In this document: positions 63,052 to 64,000 of the stretch, piece after piece
Layout: each line of letters opens with the position of its first letter
Numbering within the stretch: the first letter of the stretch is position 1
Source: an uncultured Spirochaetota bacterium
GTDB lineage: Bacteria > Spirochaetota > Brevinematia > Brevinematales > JAOACQ01
Length of the DNA stretch: 64,000 nucleotides
NCBI GenBank assembly: GCA_963783575.1
Contig: CAWAOD010000010.1
Location: 160,001-224,000, forward strand
Direction of reading: 5' to 3'
Made by a program: the position numbers and the translations under genes
The notes under the pieces: generated by a model
Told to the model about the DNA's origin: nothing
The model's database searches: none
What the model saw: the letters and a program-made list of their open reading frames with translations, nothing else

Positions 63052-64000
63052 TCAATAAAACATTTCAACAATTTTATCCGCATATTTATAAAGCAAATCT
63101 CTATCATTAATAAAATGGAATATGGTATATCTGGGTCTTATCTCCATAGCATGGATTATGCTTTGATAAAAAACTTCCATACTTATTCCAAGTTCAGCCG
63201 GATGATTAACACAGCCGGCAGATTTTAAAATATCTTGCAATGTTTCTGAACTTGGCATCTCAAGGTTTAGGTTAAGATCTTTAGCCGCCATTTCATATAA
63301 TATAGCCGAAATAACAGTCCCGACACCCACCATATTGCCATGAAGAGGATGATCTTCCTTATTTTTCAATGCTTCCATTTCCCAGAAATGAGCAAGATGA
63401 TGTTCGGCGCCTGAAGCCGGCCTTGAGTTACCAACCAGCCCCATTGATATGCCCGATAATATCAATCCGTTAAAAATACTCAGGATAGCTTTTTCGTCAC
63501 GGGAAGGTATTTTCCCTGATACTTCAACGCAATTAGATAAAGCCTTTTCCACCAGAGATGCAGATGCAGAACAGAAATATTCCCCATTAATGTTTCTTGA
63601 TAATTTCCAATCAGCAAGAGCAGTATATTTGCCCAGCATATCTCCGAATCCGGCTCGAATCATATTTTGCGGAGAATTCTTTATTATTTCAGTGTCCGCG
63701 ATTATTGCAGCCGGGAAACATGCATCAAATGTTTTTTTAAAACCATCAATAATAAGCGGTGAAACAACAGATGCATAACCATCCATAGAAGGCGCCGTGG
63801 CAATTATTATATAGGAAATATTTAATTTATAGCTCAAGTACCTGGCAAGATCATTCAATGTACCGGATCCTACCGATATTATCAAATCAATATCCTTATC
63901 TATCTCAATAAAAAGCCTTCCGACAGCTTTTTCATCGGGAACCAGGGCTTCTTTCCTGGTAAAAGTAAATACATTTAAATTATAACCCGATTGTTTTATT
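63052..64000 (-). CDS. sn-glycerol-1-phosphate dehydrogenase (EgsA/AraM-like), 5' end outside window
   Basis: GSGTLNDL, TAPSMDGYAS, SRPASGAEHHLAH, LHGNMVG. The frame stays open to the window end. Confidence 0.9.
   Translation of the reverse strand, partial: IKQSGYNLNVFTFTRKEALVPDEKAVGRLFIEIDKDIDLIISVGSGTLNDLARYLSYKLNISYIIIATAPSMDGYASVVSPLIIDGFKKTFDACFPAAIIADTEIIKNSPQNMIRAGFGDMLGKYTALADWKLSRNINGEYFCSASASLVEKALSNCVEVSGKIPSRDEKAILSIFNGLILSGISMGLVGNSRPASGAEHHLAHFWEMEALKNKEDHPLHGNMVGVGTVISAILYEMAAKDLNLNLEMPSSETLQDILKSAGCVNHPAELGISMEVFYQSIIHAMEIRPRYTIFHFINDRDLLYKYADKIVEMFY

Overview
AT-rich bacterial chromosomal segment, most likely from a spirochaete. This is inferred from the FlhB-like/HD-GYP/YraN/small-ORF gene order and the long Asn/Thr-rich LptD-like protein; the lineage is not verifiable here. 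Most of the window is housekeeping or envelope genes: a LacI-regulated sugar ABC + GH94 phosphorylase operon, malQ, rarA, carA, ftsQAZ, pyrF, a sigma factor-MlaE/F/D-TPR operon, tgt, lptD-like, ECF sigma/anti-sigma, ligA, bfr, a pglF/pglE-like pair, gltA, two MFS genes, two tandem TolC-like genes, mnmG, thiE, yifB/comM, tRNA-CAT, a zinc-ribbon protein and egsA/araM. A complete IS1380-family element (60290-61997) has 16-bp TIRs and a 5-bp target duplication, and an orphan copy of its end lies at 6986. The most unusual part is a ~5.2-kb accessory island (40849-45997). It holds a long hairpin element, a HEPN-motif protein, an LRR-Roc-COR protein and a Phd/ParE toxin-antitoxin module bracketed by a five-unit composite hairpin repeat family. 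The Roc-COR protein lacks its G3/switch-II motif and carries an internal RBS+ATG for a separately translatable 115-aa tail. Four single-base frameshifts and one internal amber, two of them in housekeeping genes, suggest consensus errors, so pseudogene calls are tentative. No CRISPR array, rRNA or prophage was seen.
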